From Perna viridis (lineage: Eukaryota), in the NCBI GenBank assembly GCA_037379345.1, contig CM074516.1:41701626-41765625 (forward strand): a stretch of 64,000 nucleotides of DNA, in the 5' to 3' direction. The translations under genes were made by a program, and so were the position numbers. Shown piece by piece: positions 38,490 through 51,740 of the stretch (position 1 is its first letter; each line of letters starts with the position of its first letter). The notes below the pieces were generated by a model. It was not told where the DNA came from. It saw only the letters and a list, made by a program, of their open reading frames with translations, and ran no database searches.

Positions 38490-38700
38490 TAAAGAGTAAT
38501 CATGGGAACCAAGATTCGAGCAGAGAACAAAAAATATACAATATTTTTCAAGGACACACACCAGACAAAGAAAATAGACACACACACAGAAAAAAAAACA
38601 TGAAACAACCAACATAAAACCGCACAAAGAAACAAAAGTAAACAATCAACATGGACTCCAATTGAAACTGGGAGTATGTACCAGGTGTACCGGTAGGGTA
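38490..38700 (-). mobile_element. Diverged Naiad-type PLE 3'-end fragment
   Basis: aaagagtaatcatgggaaccaagattc...aaactgggagtatgtaccaggtgtaccggtagggtaag. Confidence 0.7.
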
Positions 38701-41700
38701 AGAAATGATTTTAGAAAAAGTCGAGAAGACGATATGGCTAAAGGAGATGCGAGAGGAAAAGCTTCATTTCTTTTGAAATATTAATTTGAGTTAAAAACAT
38801 AAATTGAGTGAGAAATTAATTTGCATTCAGGAGGTACACAACACGTAACGAAAATAACTCACTAAAAATCGTTTATTCTTTGACATTCAGATATTAAACT
38901 AAAAGTATCTTAAAGATCAAATGTTTTGCTGATGGAACTACAGCATGTTCACGGGAATTATTCTCATCAAAACATTTTGTTAAAATTTATATTTTGCTTC
39001 TTTTATCAAAGTAAACCACTGAATAAAATTTTACAAAATTTAAACAAACCAAATAGATTTCAGAGATGGCAGGTACCCTCTTATGGGTGAGTGAGTGAGG
39101 TGGGGGGGGGGTTAACGTCCTTGACTACCCTGTCGGGTCTCGCACGTCCCTTAAGGGCATGAAACATCCGAATAAATATACCGCTCATCCCAGAGAGAAT
39201 CCTGGTATTGATCAAATTTCTCGATAATTTGGTCTCCAAAAAGGGCTGCGTAATAAAGTTACATTATTTTTGTTATGATGAGATGAAAGTATAACCGGGA
39301 AATCAAAGTAACAACAACCCTACTAAACAAAGGAAAATAAACTAGCTTTAGGCAGACTATGGTCCTTCAATAAACGGTGAAAATTTCCCACAACTGGCTT
39401 GTGCATTCAACTGACCCCAAAAACAACAAATAATTATTCGTCGCAAAAGTTTAACAAAGACTAGAGGTTCCTGATTTTGGACACGGGCAATAGATGCGCT
39501 GGGATATACGAGACTGTACTTATAATTATGTATAGGTATAATTCCAGCAATGCTTTTGTTCATTTATCAGTGACTTTTATATACAAATTAAACAATACAA
39601 GATATTTAATTTCATATTGAAAAAAGTTAATACTTGTTGGTCAACTGAGTAACCTTTCGTTATTTTTATACGAATACTGTATGGAATACTTACTATTCTG
39701 TTCTGTAATAATCCTCTATCACCAATGAACGATTTCCATATCTGATGTGGGTCCAAATTTAAGTATGATCATTTATTGTTGTAAAACTTGTAGCGCTTTA
39801 TCTTAACAACCCATGATAATGTTCAAGTATTTATGGTGACTATACAGCGTGTCTCACTGTCGAATTGTCACAGGAATTACTGTTTGAATGATATTAATTT
39901 GTATCTCTGGGTCGTTCCGTGCTTCAAACACCTTGTGATTCCTCAGCCAATTATAAAAACAATGAAATTGTTTCAAAGTCGTGATCGGTAATCAGTCAAA
40001 CCGTTGATGTTCCCTTCATGCATGATAATTCTCTCTCCTGGTGGGCACAAAGACATCATTAAGCTTTAACTGCATATTGTTTATTAATAATTTCACTTTT
40101 TAGAATTACAGGTAAATATTTGTAATATCGAATTTACGATCTGTACAAAATAATACACCATTCTATACAAAAGGCCGACGTATTATTAATGTAGCATACA
40201 AAGCATCTATTATTTTCTACACCAATATCCACAACATAGTCCGGGTATTAATTACAAAGTATTATTACCTTACTTTGATAGCAAATTACAGGTGAGTTCT
40301 AGTCTACCATATCAATTTTATCATTCATGGGCTTCGCCCATTTTTAGTGGCTTTTACTATAATTAGCTATTAAGCTGTATACTTGTAAATTCTATCAGAC
40401 ATTTTCCGAAATTTATGGTAAGTACAAAATAAAGGTTATAAATTATTATACAACTTTTCGTGATCCATTTATGGTGTATACAATATTGAGAACTGCATTT
40501 CAAAAGTTGATTTAAGTGAAAAAGTCTTTTGATCCCTATAAAGATTACAGTTCAAACTTGTTGTGTTTCCGGTCAAAGTTTTCAAGATGGCACTTATATG
40601 GCTTTACAAACCTGAATGTATATGATAATACATGTATTGATAAGCGATATCACTATGTACCTTAGAAGATATGGGAAGTGATCGCTCGGGGTAAAACATA
40701 AATGCCCAGCCAGTGGTGCATGTAAAACAATGGAGTTTCCGTGATTTATTTTTTTTAATCAATACCCGACTGTCTGAATGTTGGTTTAATTCTGACTTTA
40801 TATAAAACATTTTTGTCCGCATGTGTCTTCAAGTTAAAAAAAAGAAACAAACAAAAAATATAAAAAAAAACAAAATTTTAAAAAGCCTGCTTTTTATTGC
40901 TTGTTTTAGTTTTGGTTCTCATACGTAGGAAAGTGATTAATAAAATAACTGAGGTATGTCTCTGTTTTTCTTGTTTTCTTTTGTGTGTACTTTTTAGATT
41001 ATTCATTTAAGTAAATGTGATTTTAAACAAGTACACAATAAAACAATAGTTTTATTCGACAAAAGAAAACTCATTCACTTCTACGCTCAGAACATTTCTA
41101 TCTTCCGACCCACAAACCAAGATTTCTTAGTATGTCATCAGGGAATGTGATATGATATTTCACTTCAATAATAATAATTGCGGAAGGAAATAGACGGTGA
41201 TAAAAATTTGCATGTTTTAAGGGGAACGCATTATAATAATTCTTTAGAAAACAGTCTTTTTCGATCTATAGAATTTTTAGCGTCACGATAATGATAGAAA
41301 ATAGCCCATGTAATTACTAAAGGGAAACAAAATAGAAACGAAGTATAATCAATTGGAATACATTTCTCGGTTAACTGGACGATTATAGTCAGTTCCTTCC
41401 GTTTTGTAAATCGAGAGGGTTATTCTATTAAAACTGCATGTAATTGTTATAATTCAATAGTGAATAGAAGAGGCTTCACATTCACGTACATGAACAAAAA
41501 CTAACGCATTGTCTGGTTCTAATGTCCGTATGTCTAATTGGAAATGTATAAAATAATGAAAAACAAATAGAAATTTTAGCATACAAGAAAAACCGAAAGT
41601 AAATTTTATAAGAAAATTTGTTGGTATATCTACTTCCAGATGTATTTGACCTATGTACTACAAAACTTATCTTAAGTCGAAGAATATTCTTAATTTCAAT

Positions 41701-41782
41701 AAGTTTTACAATTCAAGATACTCTGTCAAAGAAAAACGCTGTGAATTTGTGTAATTCATATACCGATGACGAAGACTGTGCG

Positions 41783-41908
41783 TCCGTACACTGTGAACAT
41801 GTGTAAATCATATCGTTCGCACACGGTGAACATGTGTAACTCATTCCATACACTGTGAACATGTGTAACTAATATTGTCCATACACTTTGAACAGGTGTA
41901 AATCATAC
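41783..41908. repeat. ~33-bp tandem repeat, 4 copies
   Basis: Unit approximately ccatacactgtgaacatgtgtaactcatat. Confidence 0.8.
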
Positions 41909-42130
41909 TCTGATGATGACGATGATACGAAGGCTTAACTTTTATTAATTCTGTCACGCTGTATCCTGGCAATAAAAGAAACGACATGTCAATCTATGAA
42001 ACCGAGCTTAATCTACTATGATAACCAGAAGAATAATTAGGCTGATATTGGCTTCTTAAAATCTACGTCACGAATGGCATAAATTCAATCATAACTGTTG
42101 CAAAGTATTTTCTGTTGGAATCACTGCTTC

Positions 42131-42975
42131 AAAGAGTTGTCAAGGGAATCAAGATTCTAGCGGAAATTAAAAGAATGTAATCCGGGGACAAAGACCAGAT
42201 ATGGAATACAGACACACACAACAAATAACGTAAAATAACCAAAATAATACATACAAAGTAACAAAAGTAAATGAGCAACTCGGACATCCGCGGAGTTGGT
42301 CATTAAAAGTCAAGTCCAGGGTTTACGAAAGAGGAAAGGAAATCTATGACACGTTAAGCAAATCAGTTTTCATGGTGCAGATACACATTATCGATCCACG
42401 AGTTCATGACAACAACCATAAAACTTCTGTAGTGATGACTTCAATCTTGTAGCAACATAACCCTGTTCCAGAAGCCTATTTGTAAGAAGTCTAGCGCGAT
42501 ACAAACAGTCTGCGTACGCAGGTGCTGACGGGATGTTGCCACACATGACAGGAAAGTTGACAACACGGAATGAAAAGTCATCCCATTTGTCGTATAGTTT
42601 TCCCTACCATCGATCTATATGTGTTGATCAAGATATGAGGCTGACTTCACAGTGTCTCTAGTATGCTTTATCTCAAGTTTTTTGGGTAGATGCGATATAT
42701 CAAATCCCCGAACCTAGGATTGTTAAACGATAATATGTCATCTATATAGCGGAACTGAGATTAAATGATCTAGTTAAACGATGTTCCTTCTTTTGGATCA
42801 GATCAGCTATAAAGTCAGCCTCACAAGAGTGAAGGAATTTTAACTGAGTATGGAGAATGGAGGTACAACGAATTGAAAAATCAAAGGCTTTAATGCTATT
42901 GTATTCTGATATTATTCTTCAACTATCGGTCTCCAGAAGATCTTCGAATTTTTTAGGATCCACAATGAATTAATA
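42131..42975 (-). mobile_element. 5'-truncated Naiad-type PLE (RT core to 3' end)
   Basis: Minus strand reads YIDDILSFNNPRFGDLIYRIYP...DTVKSASYLD (RT YxDD) across frameshifts and continues into the same 3' region as 54922-55190. Confidence 0.85.
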
Positions 42976-42989
42976 CCAATTGTATTGTT

Positions 42990-43785
42990 CTGTGATTCAA
43001 GGTTTTTTGACCGAGTACGACTTTGACTTAATTCCTTTTCTCCTGAGGGAGATTAGGGCTGTAAACGTTCCTAATCACATGTTGTTTTTTTCTCTTTCTA
43101 TGGTTCTCCGCCAGGTTTCTTTTGGCTTTCCTCTTTTTCGTCGTCCTTCCGGTGTCCATGTCCACGCAGTTCTTGGGTGCGAGTTTGTTGTCCATTCGTA
43201 ATATATGGCTTAACCATTTCCATCTTCTGGTCTTTATTTGGTGGCTGATTGTTTCCACTTTTGCTTGTTCTCTCAAATTTTAATTACTTATCTTTTGAGG
43301 CCAGTAGATCTTTTTTATGTATCTGAGACATTTGTGTTGGAATGTGTCTAGTAACTTTTCATCTCCTTTGGTCATTTTCATGTTTCACAGCCGTAAATAA
43401 GGATGGAGATCACGTTTGATTGAAACAGTTTGATTTTGCTCTTTCTGCTTATTTGGCCATTTTCCATATTTTGCTGAGCTTATAAATGCCCAAGTCTCCT
43501 ATGTATGTCCTCATTTGTACCTCCCGTGCTGCTGACTGTTGCACCAAGGTAGACAAAGTTGTTCACGTCCTCTACATCCTTTCCAGCAATTGTGAGGGGT
43601 TGATCTTTCTTGACGTTTAGTCGCATAGATTTGGTTTTTGCTGCATTTTAGCCCAGTTGATGTTGCATGTCTGTTCAGGTTGTCTACTTTTCGTTGCATT
43701 TGAACTTTCATACTAAGTCTAAATTATCCAGCTTTGTTGTCATTTTCCATAGAATGCCAGTATTGTTATCTTTAGTTGTTTGTCA
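42990..43785 (-). mobile_element. RTE-clade LINE fragment (RT C-terminus)
   Basis: Frameshifted peptides NNFVYLG, KIKLFQSNVISILIYGCET, DTFQHKCLRYIKKIYWP, IKTRRWKWLSHILRM, GRRKRGKPKETWR. Confidence 0.85.
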
Positions 43786-44806
43786 TATTAATCTTATATC
43801 TACCACTATTTCCCGTTACATTTTATTTTTTTATTAAGTACTTCATGCCGATAAAAAAAAAACTAAAAAGCTCTTCCGTTTAAAATCGATATGAAATTTA
43901 CTTTTAATTCATACAATTTTCGTTTTTTAAGTTCTGTGATTGTTATGCCTATATAAAGCTATTACGCAATCGATGGCGGATATGAATTATGGTCCATTTA
44001 TGCCAAGTAATTGTTGAAACTTCCATTGAATTTATTTGTGCGTTTCCTTTTCACTTAATTTTGAGCTATCTACGTAAACTTGGAATTTCATTATTTCAAG
44101 TTATTTGTCCGTTACGTAACCACAACAAATACAAAAGTAATTTTCCTAATTATGAAAACTTTTATCAAATTATTCCATGCATTAATTATAATATAATCAT
44201 CCATCATCGAGTACTTCTTCATGGCAGGTTTTCTTTTTAATGACATAGAAAAACAGACAATTAATTTAGATATAATTTTATTGTTTTAAATATCACACTG
44301 GACACAAGTGAAGTACTCTTCACAATAAACACATGTAATCATGGTGAACATAGATCAAGGTACACGATTTTTCATATAAATAAGCATATATCAGAATATA
44401 GACTTACAAGGAAAGTAACAAATACAACTAGCATACAGTGGGAGGTAAATGAGATGGTGCACTGAACAATGGTGATAATTATGAGAGTGAGAAAAAGATG
44501 TGATGGTCTATTGAAAAGCAGACAAACAACAAAATGGCCAATCCATAACTCACTTCTGTTGTTACTTTATAGTCATATTTATTTCGTTATGCACATCTTT
44601 ACAAAATTTGTGAACATATTTTGTAGAGGAAAGCATAGTTTAATTATTTACAAGACGTCAATTCATGGACTTTAGAGCTTTAAAAGTGTCAGAAATAGTC
44701 TTAACGGTAGTTGTAGCAACACAACAATATGATAAAGAGTTATCTAATAATACTACAATTTTAGTTGCCATATCATATTTCGTATTAAAAAACATGCGTT
44801 TCTTCC

Positions 44807-46400
44807 TAAAGTTTTTATGGATGCCGTCGAGGACTATGCAAGAAAATGGATAAAACGAGAAAAGAAGACATTGATTCTCTGTCTCTGAGTGGTTAAAGGC
44901 CGTGAGGTCTTTAATTTTGAAACGAATGAAAGTGTTAAGTAGGTCAATGAGTGCCAAGGCTACATCAGTTTTCAAAGACCCCGATGTAGCAAAAATATTG
45001 TAAAACCATTATAAAAGGCTATTGCAGAACCTCGAGATGGAGGACTTCAAGGCTTAACCACCTAACTGTTCTTGCAAAACCTCTCCAATCAAATCTGGTC
45101 CTTCTGGTCACGTCTGCGTAATATCCTTTCCAAAGGTCACAGTTGTGAGTATAGAAGTTAAAAGTTTTGAAAGAGGTTTGGTGGTACATTTTGCAGATCC
45201 AGCTATGAAACGTTGTTTGTATGGATTCTTGTGAAGTTTAGGAATCCAGTACATAGACTGTAAATCACAATCATCGTCCTTGGTAGAGAGACCAAAAGAC
45301 GATAGCACAGATTTATGGTTTTCCACAATCTCTTCTTTTGAGAGAGTGGTAGCAGTATAGGTCTTATCACTGCTATTATTTTCTACGTCTACCTCTGATA
45401 ATAAACATTGGATATAAAACGTTTTGCAGACAAAAACAATGTTGTTTTGGGCTTTGTCTGCTGGTACGACAACATATTTGTCATGTATAGTAGACAATGT
45501 TTTTGCTACATCGGGGTCTTTGAAAACTGATGTAGCCTTGGCACTCATTGACCTATTTAACACTTTCATTCGTTTCAAAATTAAAGACCACCTCACGGCC
45601 TTTAACCACTCTGACAGAGAATCAATGTCTTCTTGTACTCGTTTTATCCATTTTCTTGCATAGTCCTCGACGGCATCCATAAGAACTTTAAAGTTATAAT
45701 TCCAATTCATGGAGCGTGGTTCACGGTACTTGGGACCTTTGGAAAGGATATTACGCAGAGATTCGTTTTCGATAATGGTTAAATCTCCCGTAACGACGTG
45801 ACCAGAAGGACCAGATTTGATTGGAGAGGTTTTGCAAGAACAGTTAGGTGGTTAAGCCTTGAAGTCCTCAATCTCGAGGTTCTGCAATAGCCTTTTATAA
45901 TGGTTTTACAATGGGTGAAGTATAGGAATATGAAATAATTGGTATGGATTTGTCTTTGAAATATAGGAGAATTTTGTTGGTAACGTTTTTGTTATGGAGG
46001 ATATTAGCCAAATTATTTGCATCTATACATTTGTTGACAAACGGTAGTGGAAGAAATGATCGTTTTTCTTCATCTTGCCTTTTCACACAAACTGGTTTAA
46101 AGAGTCTGTGGAAACTAATATCCAAAATGATTGCAACAAGTCTGTATAATGATGAGGTCGGGTCAGAAACAGGAGTTTCAAGACTTGCTTTGTAAAGGGA
46201 GTGTAGTAGAGTGTGAGGTATAGAATAAAGTTTGGTTCTAATGTGATGAAGTCCAAGAGGTTTTTGTATGAAAGGAAGAAGACCATCTATGGAGACATCA
46301 TGTAACTTAGGTGACGTATAGTGGCGATGGCCATGACTCCTTTCCCGTCTTGGATTTTGTCAAATAAATTCATCACATTTATGCTATTATTATATTGGCT
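44807..46400 (-). mobile_element. Naiad-type PLE internal fragment (CxC linker + RT N-terminus) with inverted duplicated segments
   Basis: Minus strand PPNCSCKTSP..GHVVTGDL..KGPKYREP (CxC linker), then VVVPADKAQNNIVFVCK and MYWIPKLHKNPYKQRFIAGS; 44807-45138 holds plus-strand copies of internal parts. Confidence 0.9.
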
Positions 46401-47799
46401 TGAAAGGTAAAAGGTAATGCCTTTTCAATTCCACTTAAAGTGATATCGCTTTCCTTTGTTATATTGGTGATTTAACGTTTTCCCAATCATTTGGTATTTT
46501 TGATTCATTCCATACTAACATTTTTTTTTTCTTTTTGTTAACAGTTTTCCGTTGTTTTCCTTTACAATGTCGGTCTGTTTCGGTCTTTTTTTACTAAGGA
46601 GTGTTGTGATGTCATATACTCCTTTATTTTGCCGTTGTTTACTGATGTTTCTCCTTCATTTGCCAATCAATCTTACCATTGTCGTTTGTCCCTTCTCGTA
46701 CTTTTCTTTCCATTTTTTTTAGTATTTCTTTATTTTTTTCTACTTCTTTCTAGATATTAGTAATTATCAAATTCTGAAGCCTCTTCTGCATAGTCCAAGG
46801 ACAGTAAATATTGTCGCATTGTAGCTGTCATTGAAGCCCCCTTTATTTTTTTCTTTGACGAAAATATAAACTATAGATCATCAAAATCATTTAAAGCTTA
46901 TAGTTTGGCAAATAAAAAAGTAACGTGATACTAGAACGACAACTTAAAAATGAATAAACTAATGATTATATTTGTAAGCCACATTTACACTATTCTTAAA
47001 GGAATCTTCCTGTTGAAATGAATATTTCTTCATCTTCTTTTGATGTTTTAATGCAACATTATGAAGCTCCAATAATTAATTGGAGTGTCAGCGAATGCAT
47101 TTTAAAAATAAAAGTTGAGAAAATAAAATTGTAGGTTTGATGGAGAAGCACCAAAATTGTCATAAAAGATTGGTTTTGGCGTACTTTAATAAAGCTATGG
47201 CCACAGTTTACAATAACTATTTGTAAAAAAATTTGTTAGTTTAAACCAGCCGGACAAAGCTGTCGTCTGTCGTTAATTTGTTTTATTTTTTTAATATTAA
47301 ATAAGATTTAAACTACAATTTTACATGTATATGATTATTTAATATTACATTTCCTTTTATAGTCCTTTTCATCTGATAGGAACTGAATAAAATTAAATGA
47401 AACGAAACTCCTTCTGATTCATACACAAACAGCCCTAACTATATATGGACGATGCAGGACGTTTATGACTTCGGCTTCACAATAAAATAATTCCCCTCTC
47501 TAAGTGGCAATACACTAACATCTCTAGCCTATAGAATATATATTCTAGATATTCTACTGCCGTACCTGTGATCTGTATATGGACTCTCTTTGTAAAATGA
47601 GAACATTGTCACATAAGCTCATTAGTCAAGGGTATATTTAGCCTCTGTTGATATCATCACTACAGAAGTAGTATGGTCGTCATTACAATTTCATGAGTCG
47701 ATATGAATAGTCTGTCTCATCTGTGAGATATCTTGAGTTGGATTTCATATCAAACAGAATTGACAACCCAATGAATTTTTACTCACTTACAGTAAAACC

Positions 47800-48050
47800 G
47801 TTGCCACTGGAGGAACAGGTCATGCTCTCCCTTCCAGCGCATCTGCTGCCATTCTCGTTTTTTTATGGAGTTCTTATTTCAAGTGCTTTAGTTCATTTTA
47901 GTTTTTGTGCAGTTTTTATCGGTAATTGTATTTTATTCTGTTAGCTTAATTATGCACGTTTATCGTCTCTGTGTCCATTATATCCCCTTTGTTACGTTGT
48001 GGACTTGAATTTTGATGTATCTTAATTGTTCTCTGATCTTGATACTTCTG
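47800..48050 (+). mobile_element. PLE-like 3' region of a related family
   Basis: ccactggaggaacaggtcatgctctcccttccagcgcatctg...gtgctttagtt...tcttgatactt parallels the layout of 54990-55190. Confidence 0.4.
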
Positions 48051-48194
48051 TATACTTCTTCCGATACTTTAACAAAACAGACTTCATCCAAAACTTACCC
48101 AAACAAAAGAATTGCAGGTTGACATTGTCCTTCCATTTCAGCGTTTAGTGTAAATAATTTACAGAGTTATCAAGGGGATCAAGATTCTAGCATT

Positions 48195-48600
48195 TTTTAA
48201 AAATATTTTTCGGTCTATGAAAAAATAATCTAACAATCTGGTGTACATTAGTACATTGAATAACCTGCTACGCAGGTTATTTTCAAGTGTGCATCACGGG
48301 TATTGAGGTTATTTCCTCATAGACCGGAAAACAAAACAAAAATATTACAGTCATTACTTACAAACACTTTTAAAAAATATGAAGTGTGCACCACGGGCAT
48401 TGATGTTATTTCAAATAGAAAGAAAAATTAACAGTCATTCCTTATAATTTGATTTTAATATCAAAATTTAAGGAATAAATCATTAAAAAAGGTTGATGAC
48501 GTCACAATCACATCACAAAATTTGGTCAATGAGATGATGGACAAATTTGTTTATCCTATTAGAAAGCATCTGAAATTAAACTATTATCAAATAACTCTAA
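48195..48600. mobile_element. Palindromic MITE and partial tandem copies
   Basis: tttcggtctatgaaaaaataa...tgtacatt pairs with gtgcatca...ttatttcctcatagaccggaaa; second partial arm at 48380-48445. Confidence 0.65.
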
Positions 48601-48978
48601 ATTTGACGAATGTGTTTGAAATTAGCTTGGAATTAAGATCCTATATATACATTAATATTTCAACATTTTCTCTATCTAGAAATTGTCAAAAGATGGGTGC
48701 TTTCAACTTAACCACAGTATGACAAACGCGACGATTTGGTATTCAACTTCATTGTTCCATTGTGTAGACATAATACCGATACAGAGTGTTTCCAATGTGA
48801 TAAACGACCTTCGTCTATCAACGATATTATTCTTCATTCAGCAGAGATCGTCAACGTACATCATGGAAGTTTTCATGCAAAAACATTCCCAAGAATATCT
48901 TAACTTTCCTTGCAACTGATTTCACTACATCTCAGTTATTTTTTCCTGTATACTATTAAGTTCCTTTGAAGTATGTAC

Positions 48979-49452
48979 AGTGGTTTTCGTCTGTTGTCCA
49001 GCTGGTGTTCCCCATATTAATTTTTGGCTATTGTCCTTCTGATGTTCCCCACCTTGGTGTTTGTCTGTTGTCCGGCTTGTGTTCCCACATTGGTTTCTGT
49101 CTGTTGTCCGGCTAGTGTTTCCCACATTGGCTTCCGATTGTTGTCCATCTGATGTTCCCCACATCGGTGTTTCTCCGGCTTGTGTCCCCACATTGATTTC
49201 TGTCTGTTGTCCAACTGGTGTTCCCCACATTGGTTTTTGCCTGCAGTCCGAATAGTGTCCCCACATTAATGTGCCTGTTGTCCATCTGGTGTTCCCACAT
49301 TGGTTGTCGCCTATTGTAAGATGGTGTGTCCATATTTGTTGTCGCCTGTTGTGCAGCTGGTTTTCCCCAGATTGGTTTTCGCCTGTTGTCCAGCTTATGT
49401 TCCCACATTGGTTGTCGCTTGTTGTCCTGCTGGTGTTTCCAACATTGTTTTT
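48979..49452. repeat. ~33-bp minisatellite, ~14 diverged copies
   Basis: Unit approximately ggtgttcccacattggttttcgcctgttgtccagct; accounts for the overlapping repetitive ORFs at 48925-49573. Confidence 0.92.
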
Positions 49453-50244
49453 GTCTCCTTTATTTCCTTTCTTCGTATCTGTGTTGTTGAGACTTCTTTC
49501 TTTATCTTTTCAGTTAATTTTTCCGAGAAGATACGATAAAAGACATTATTTCAGGATTACATATTGGCGTTAGAATGCGTGTGTTGTGCTGAATTTGCTA
49601 TGTTAAGATATATCTTATCCATATCATGATCAAACGATGCACTGGGCTTGTATTTAGGTTCCGCAGTAAGTTTATCTTATTTAGGAATAATGCATATTGT
49701 TTTAAATACTTTTTCTTGGATTTATCTGTTGGAACATATTTGCATTTTATGCATTAATTGAAAACAAAATATATCATTCCAATCATCATTTAAAAGATAT
49801 GAATGGTATTTTATTTCTTCTGTTTTAATTCGTTATTTGCTTTTTTTTGTTGTTAATTTTTGTTTGTTTTTGTTTTTATTTAATTGTTACTCTTTGTTCT
49901 TTGGTTTGTTTAGTGTTTGTTTTTTGATTTTTGGTTTTTGTATTTTTTTTGCATATTTTACTGTAACGTCAATACTATATATTTTTCATTTACAATCCGA
50001 TTTTTTCAGCTATCAAGTTAATCGTTTTGGTAGATTTTTACTCAACACAATACTGCTAGTGATTGCGTGTCTTACATGTAAGTGTTGCCTTTAGAATTGT
50101 GCTTCTTTGTTTTAATGCCTCAATAGCTTTTTAAGCATATGATAACACGTTGAACACACACATATCGAAACATAATTTGGTTCTATTATTTCGTTTCAGT
50201 TTAACAACAACAGTTAAACATATCAAGTGGATTGGATATAGAAA

Positions 50245-51110
50245 CTATTTCCCTACTGCAAGTGGAAGGTATATAGTGATAGGGGTGTACATACCTCCTT
50301 CCTTCCATCCGTCCTGCCTGCCATCCGTCCGTACGAAAGGGGAACCTCTTATCCCAAATTCATTTTCTAATATTATAAATTAGATTTCTTACATCACAAA
50401 ACACTTTTATAATATTGAAAAATCATTTTTTTAATATTAGAAACTGATTTTCTAATATTAGAAAATGGGTCTATTGAATTCAATTACGATTTATTAATAT
50501 TAGAAAAACATTTTGTAATATTAAATTTGTGACTGATTTTGCAATATTCCAAAGTAATTTTCTAATAATACAAATTTATTTTCTGATATTACAAATTCAA
50601 TTTGTAATATTACAAAATGTGTGATGTTTTGTAATATTACTAAATCAGGAATTTGTAATATTAAAAAATGAATTTTTAATATTACAGAATGAATTTTTAA
50701 TATTACAAAATTAATTTCTAATATTAAAAAATCTTTTCTAATATTAAAAAAATGACTTTGTTATATTAAAAATTCATTTTTTAATATTACAAAATATTGA
50801 TTTTTGTCCACTTTGGCTTGCCATATAGATTTCAATCCGTATCAATACGGTGGTTTTGCAATACGAAACATGAACTTTGTCATTTATCAATATGGGGAAT
50901 GACGGGGTACCTATCTCTTATCCGTTCTTTCTTCTACATCGTAGAATGTAATTTAATGAAAGTTTCACAGAATTATTATTACATATCCCTTTTGTGCATC
51001 CTTATTTAGATTCTGATCTGAATTAATTTGGATGTTTCACATAGCAGTACATGGACTTAGTCATTTATGAATATGGTGATATTGGGGAACCATCTCTTTT
51101 CTGGTTCTGC
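50245..51110 (+). mobile_element. Helentron/DINE-like element with a nested AT-rich MITE (~50352-50826)
   Basis: 5' subterminal hairpin plus (tccg/tcct)n microsatellite at 50295-50335; the inner element consists of aatatta-cored repeats and ends tttggcttgccata. Confidence 0.5.
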
Positions 51111-51444
51111 TTAGTTTAAACATATATTTTATTCACAAGTAAATAAATTTGGATCAGACATGAGTTATTCCAACTCACAAGGGTCTTCTCTAAACAGAGA
51201 TAAAAGAGAGCTGGGAAATAGAACTACATCCCTCTAACGAAGAAATAATAGAGCTTAGTTGTTCAACTCAAATTGAAAAGATAAATCCTCCTCTTCATCT
51301 GGCACCTGTACAGAACCAGGAAACACAGTAGTCACTGGACCAGTTAGTCAGCAAAGTCCATCTGAAAGAAATATTTTTTTGTTTTCGCCCAGTATAGAAG
51401 AGGTGGATACCTATTTGCAGTACTTGCAGTAGTGTCAGGAAAGT

Positions 51445-51740
51445 ATGGTCTTGTTGAATATAGGTGGAGTGAAGTTTGAGACCAGCACATCCAACATCGC
51501 TTTGACCTATCTTCCATGTTTGCCTTGATGCATCCAGATAGTGCACTCCGTCCGTCAGATAACATATACAGTTTCAACCGTGATCCATCCCATGTCAAGG
51601 TCATTTTAAATCATTTAAGGAACAATTGCAATATAAAAAAAGATACTTACCAAGAGACCACCACTATCTCAATGCACTGGCATAGGAGGCAAAATTTTAT
51701 AAGTTATTTGGTTTTAAAGCCACAGTGGAAGAAAGACTGG
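51445..51740 (+). pseudogene. KCTD-type BTB/T1 domain pseudogene (intronless)
   Basis: MVLLNIGGVKFETS / frameshift / MFALMHPDSALRPSDNIYSFNRDPSHVKVILNHLRN / frameshift / LPRDHHYLNALA*EAKFYKL match the KCTD motifs LNVGG, FIDRD, ILNYLR and EAEFY. Confidence 0.75.

Noticed and set aside
48925-49573. Repetitive ORFs, or a CRISPR-like array (also 29314-29496 and 59487-60365)
   Set aside because: Head-to-tail minisatellites without unique spacers or cas genes, in eukaryotic DNA; the ORFs arise from unit lengths divisible by 3.
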